Of a stretch of 64,000 bases of DNA, positions 58,871 to 64,000 are shown piece by piece. The translations under genes were made by a program, and so were the position numbers. Each line of letters opens with the position of its first letter. Within the stretch, counting starts at the first letter, position 1. The notes below the pieces were generated by a model. The model was not told where the DNA came from and did no database searches. It saw only the letters and a list, made by a program, of their open reading frames with translations. The DNA comes from an uncultured Actinomycetota bacterium (GTDB lineage: Bacteria; Actinomycetota; Actinomycetes; Propionibacteriales; Propionibacteriaceae). The stretch covers positions 133,281-197,280 of the forward strand of contig CAVSEZ010000002.1 in NCBI GenBank assembly GCA_963727125.1, written 5' to 3'.

Positions 58871-59902
58871 TCAGAGCAGTTCCTTGGCCAGCAGTCGGAG
58901 GGTCTCCTCGCGCGCCGGGCTGGAGTCGGCGGCCGTGCCCTGGTGGGCGCCCGCGATGGGGGACACCATCACCTCGTCGGTCCCGAACTCCGCCGCCAGC
59001 GCGGTCACGCCGGCTGCGACGGCGTCGGGCGTGCCGACGAACCAGCTGCGAGCCATCTCGTCCGCGGTGGCTTGATCCGCGTCGCCGAGCGGCGCAGCTT
59101 CGGCCTCCTCGACGTACTCCTGGGCCGCGAGCGGCTGGCCGGTCCGCAGCCGCCACATCGCGCGGCGCTGCGGCAGGCTCAGCCGGACCGCTTCCTCCTC
59201 CGAACCGGCGACCACCGCGTTGACGACAGCGATGGTGCGTGGGGCGGGGGTCTCCGGCGAGGGTCGGAACTGCTCGCGGTAGCGGGCCAGGGCAGCCAGT
59301 GTCTGGGCGCCACCGAAGTGATGGGCGAACACGTACGGCAACCCCAGCGAGGCGGCGAGATCCGCGGAGTACATCGACGAGCCGAGCAGCCAGACGTGCG
59401 GCGCTCCGGCGGCTCGTGGGGTGGCCGTCAAGCCGTACGTCCGACCGCCGAGAGACAGCTGCACACCCTCGGGCTGCATCATCAGCGACAAGGCGGTCAG
59501 GTCGTCGGGAAAGGTGTCGACCTGGTCGTTGCGGCCCTGCCGCAGGACGTGGCTGGTCACCGGGTCCGAACCCGGCGCCCGGCCGACGCCGAGGTCGATC
59601 CGGCCCGGGAAACTCGCCTCCAGCAGTGCGAACTGCTCCGCGATGACCAGCGGAGCGTGGTTCGGCAGCATCACGCCACCGGAGCCGACCCGGATCCGAC
59701 GGGTCGCACCGGCCAGCACGGCGATCAGCACCGGCGGGTTGGTGGCGGCCACGGCCGGCATGTTGTGGTGCTCGGCCACCCAGTAGCGGGTGTAACCCAG
59801 CTCGTCGGCGGTCCGGGCCAGGTCGAGCGACGCCGTGATGGCCTGGGCGGTGGTCTGGTCGGCACGGACGGGAACGAGGTCGAGGACGGAGAGAGCGGTC
59901 AC
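58871..59902 (-). CDS. LLM-class flavin-dependent oxidoreductase (luciferase-like)
   Basis: LSVLDL, RYWVAEHH, RVGSGGVMLPNH, GRIDLGVGRAPG, WLLGSS; start approximate. Confidence 0.92.
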   Translation of the reverse strand: MTALSVLDLVPVRADQTTAQAITASLDLARTADELGYTRYWVAEHHNMPAVAATNPPVLIAVLAGATRRIRVGSGGVMLPNHAPLVIAEQFALLEASFPGRIDLGVGRAPGSDPVTSHVLRQGRNDQVDTFPDDLTALSLMMQPEGVQLSLGGRTYGLTATPRAAGAPHVWLLGSSMYSADLAASLGLPYVFAHHFGGAQTLAALARYREQFRPSPETPAPRTIAVVNAVVAGSEEEAVRLSLPQRRAMWRLRTGQPLAAQEYVEEAEAAPLGDADQATADEMARSWFVGTPDAVAAGVTALAAEFGTDEVMVSPIAGAHQGTAADSSPAREETLRLLAKELL

Positions 59903-59965
59903 GTCGAGGACAACCACGCGGTCGCCGACGTCATTCCGGGCCGCACCCGGCCCGGTGGCCGCACT

Positions 59966-59994
59966 TTGACCCACGCGGCGCGACCGCGTAACCT
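59966..59994 (+). promoter_or_regulatory. Putative str operon promoter
   Basis: TTGACC-17bp-TAACCT. Confidence 0.65.
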
Positions 59995-60141
59995 TGGTCC
60001 TTGTGTTCGGGCTTGCCCGACCCGTTGTGCGTGCCCCGAGAGTCTGAGCTCTCGCTCCGGTTGCGGTGGTGCGTACGCCGTGCTCGTCAGCTGTCCTGAC
60101 GGGCCACGTCCCAGCCACGCAGAGAAAAGAGACAGTAAGCG

Positions 60142-60513
60142 GTGCCCACAATTCAGCAGCTGGTCCGCAAGGGCCGCTCCGACAAGGTGAGCAAGAACAA
60201 GACTCCGGCGCTCAAGGGTTCGCCTCAGCGTCGTGGCGTGTGCACCCGCGTGTACACCACGACGCCGAAGAAGCCGAACTCGGCACTGCGCAAGGTGGCT
60301 CGCGTTCGCCTGTCGTCCTCGGTCGAGGTCACCGCGTACATCCCGGGCGTCGGTCACAACCTGCAGGAGCACTCGATGGTGCTCGTGCGCGGCGGCCGGG
60401 TGAAGGACCTGCCCGGCGTCCGTTACAAGATCATCCGCGGTTCGCTCGACACCCAGGGCGTGAAGAACCGCAAGCAGGCCCGCAGCCGCTACGGCGCGAA
60501 GAAGGAGAAGTAA
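60142..60513 (+). CDS. rpsL: 30S ribosomal protein S12
   Basis: [30 protein letters not shown]. Confidence 0.99.
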   Translation: MPTIQQLVRKGRSDKVSKNKTPALKGSPQRRGVCTRVYTTTPKKPNSALRKVARVRLSSSVEVTAYIPGVGHNLQEHSMVLVRGGRVKDLPGVRYKIIRGSLDTQGVKNRKQARSRYGAKKEK

Positions 60514-60983
60514 TGCCTCGCAAGGGACCGGCGCCGAAGCGTCCGGTGATGGTCGACCCGGTGTACGGGTCGCCGCTGGTCAGTCAGCTCGTCAGCAAGA
60601 TCCTGCTCGACGGGAAGAAAACCATCGCCCAGGGCATTGTGTATACGGCCATGGAGGGGACCCGCACCAAGTCCGGTGTGGATCCCGTGCAGACCCTGAA
60701 GCGCGCGCTCGACAACGTCCGGCCGACGCTGGAGGTCAAGAGCCGCCGCGTGGGCGGCGCGACCTACCAGGTGCCGGTGGACGTCAAGCCGAACCGGGCG
60801 ACCACCTTGGCCATGCGCTGGCTGGTGAGCTTCGCTCGGCAGCGTCGTGAGAAGACCATGTCGGAGCGTCTGATGAACGAGATCCTGGACGCGTCGAACG
60901 GTCTGGGTGCTGCGGTGAAGCGCCGCGAGGACACCCACAAGATGGCGGAAGCCAACAAGGCGTTCGCTCACTACCGCTGGTGA
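60513..60983 (+). CDS. rpsG: 30S ribosomal protein S7
   Basis: [34 protein letters not shown]; TAATG overlap with rpsL. Confidence 0.98.
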   Translation: MPRKGPAPKRPVMVDPVYGSPLVSQLVSKILLDGKKTIAQGIVYTAMEGTRTKSGVDPVQTLKRALDNVRPTLEVKSRRVGGATYQVPVDVKPNRATTLAMRWLVSFARQRREKTMSERLMNEILDASNGLGAAVKRREDTHKMAEANKAFAHYRW

Positions 60984-61069
60984 GCTGCTGGTGACCCCAG
61001 CGGCCACGCCAGGCTCCGTTTCGTGCCGGACCCGGCACGCACACCTTCCGAAGGATTGAAGGCCACCAC

Positions 61070-63169
<2,100 letters not shown>

Positions 63170-63295
63170 GCGACCGGACGGATGCCGTTTGACCTGAACG
63201 GCACCGTCCACAACACTTGAGCCGGACCAGATCCGGCGGAAGACAACAACCAAGGAACGCCCCGCGATCGCGTGGCAAACGAAGAAGGAGCCCCA

Positions 63296-64000
63296 GTGGC
63301 CAAGGCCAAGTTCGAGCGGACCAAGCCGCACGTCAACATCGGCACCATCGGGCACATCGACCACGGCAAGACCACGCTGACCGCGGCGATCACCAAGGTG
63401 CTGCACGACAAGTACCCGACCCTGAACGAGGCCTCGGCCTTCGATCAGATCGACAAGGCGCCCGAGGAGCGGCAGCGCGGTATCACCATCTCCATCGCGC
63501 ACGTCGAGTACCAGACCGAGAAGCGCCACTACGCGCACGTCGACTGCCCCGGTCACGCCGACTACATCAAGAACATGATCACCGGTGCGGCCCAGATGGA
63601 CGGCGCGATCCTCGTGGTCGCCGCCACCGACGGCCCGATGCCGCAGACCCGTGAGCACGTGCTGCTCGCCCGTCAGGTCGGCGTGCCGGCGATCGTCGTC
63701 GCGCTCAACAAGTGCGACATGGTCGACGACGAGGAGATCCTGGAGCTCGTCGAGCTCGAGGTCCGTGAGCTGCTCAGCGAGTACGAGTACGACGGCGACG
63801 AGATCCCCGTGGTCAAGGTCGCCGCCTTCCCGGCGCTGAACGGCGACGCCACCTGGGGCGAGTCGATCATGGAGCTGATGACTGCTGTCGACGAGCACAT
63901 CCCGCAGCCGGTGCGCGAGATCGACAAGCCGTTCCTGATGCCCGTCGAGGACGTCTTCACGATCACCGGTCGTGGCACCGTCATCACCGGTCGGATCGAG
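63296..64000 (+). CDS. tuf: Elongation factor Tu (3' partial); absent from the ORF track
   Basis: [29 protein letters not shown]...DCPGHADY...NKCD. Confidence 0.98.
   Translation, partial: MAKAKFERTKPHVNIGTIGHIDHGKTTLTAAITKVLHDKYPTLNEASAFDQIDKAPEERQRGITISIAHVEYQTEKRHYAHVDCPGHADYIKNMITGAAQMDGAILVVAATDGPMPQTREHVLLARQVGVPAIVVALNKCDMVDDEEILELVELEVRELLSEYEYDGDEIPVVKVAAFPALNGDATWGESIMELMTAVDEHIPQPVREIDKPFLMPVEDVFTITGRGTVITGRIE

Overview
High-GC actinobacterial chromosome segment, probably Propionibacteriales (inferred from gene order and protein style). It is mostly core genome: the end of the nuo operon (nuoK-L-M-N) and a polyprenyl synthase, korAB, yajQ, four tRNAs (Tyr, Thr, Met, Trp), rpmG, a MaoC pair, murB, treZ, secE-nusG-rplKA, rplJL with an L10 leader, rpoBC, and rpsL-rpsG-fusA-tuf. 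Blocks of accessory metabolic and secreted-protein genes are interspersed (6.4-12.9 kb, 16-22.8 kb, 34.2-38.2 kb, 47.6-59.9 kb). I see no integrase, transposase, phage gene or CRISPR array. Many genes, including the essential rpoB and rpoC, carry single-base frameshifts, best explained as sequencing or assembly errors rather than pseudogenes. Best leads: (1) a leaderless split mini-transketolase operon behind a 19-bp-spacer SoxR/MerR-type promoter; (2) a GntR gene and a tandem YahD-like ankyrin lipoprotein gene separated by only about 26 bp, filled by a palindrome containing back-to-back -10 boxes; (3) acidic or repetitive extensions on SecE, NusG and L10; (4) a family of CTTCGAC/GTCGAAG palindromic repeats; (5) an 11-bp phased repeat upstream of the tRNA-Thr/tRNA-Met/rpmG unit. 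All calls come from reading the sequence; no database searches were run.
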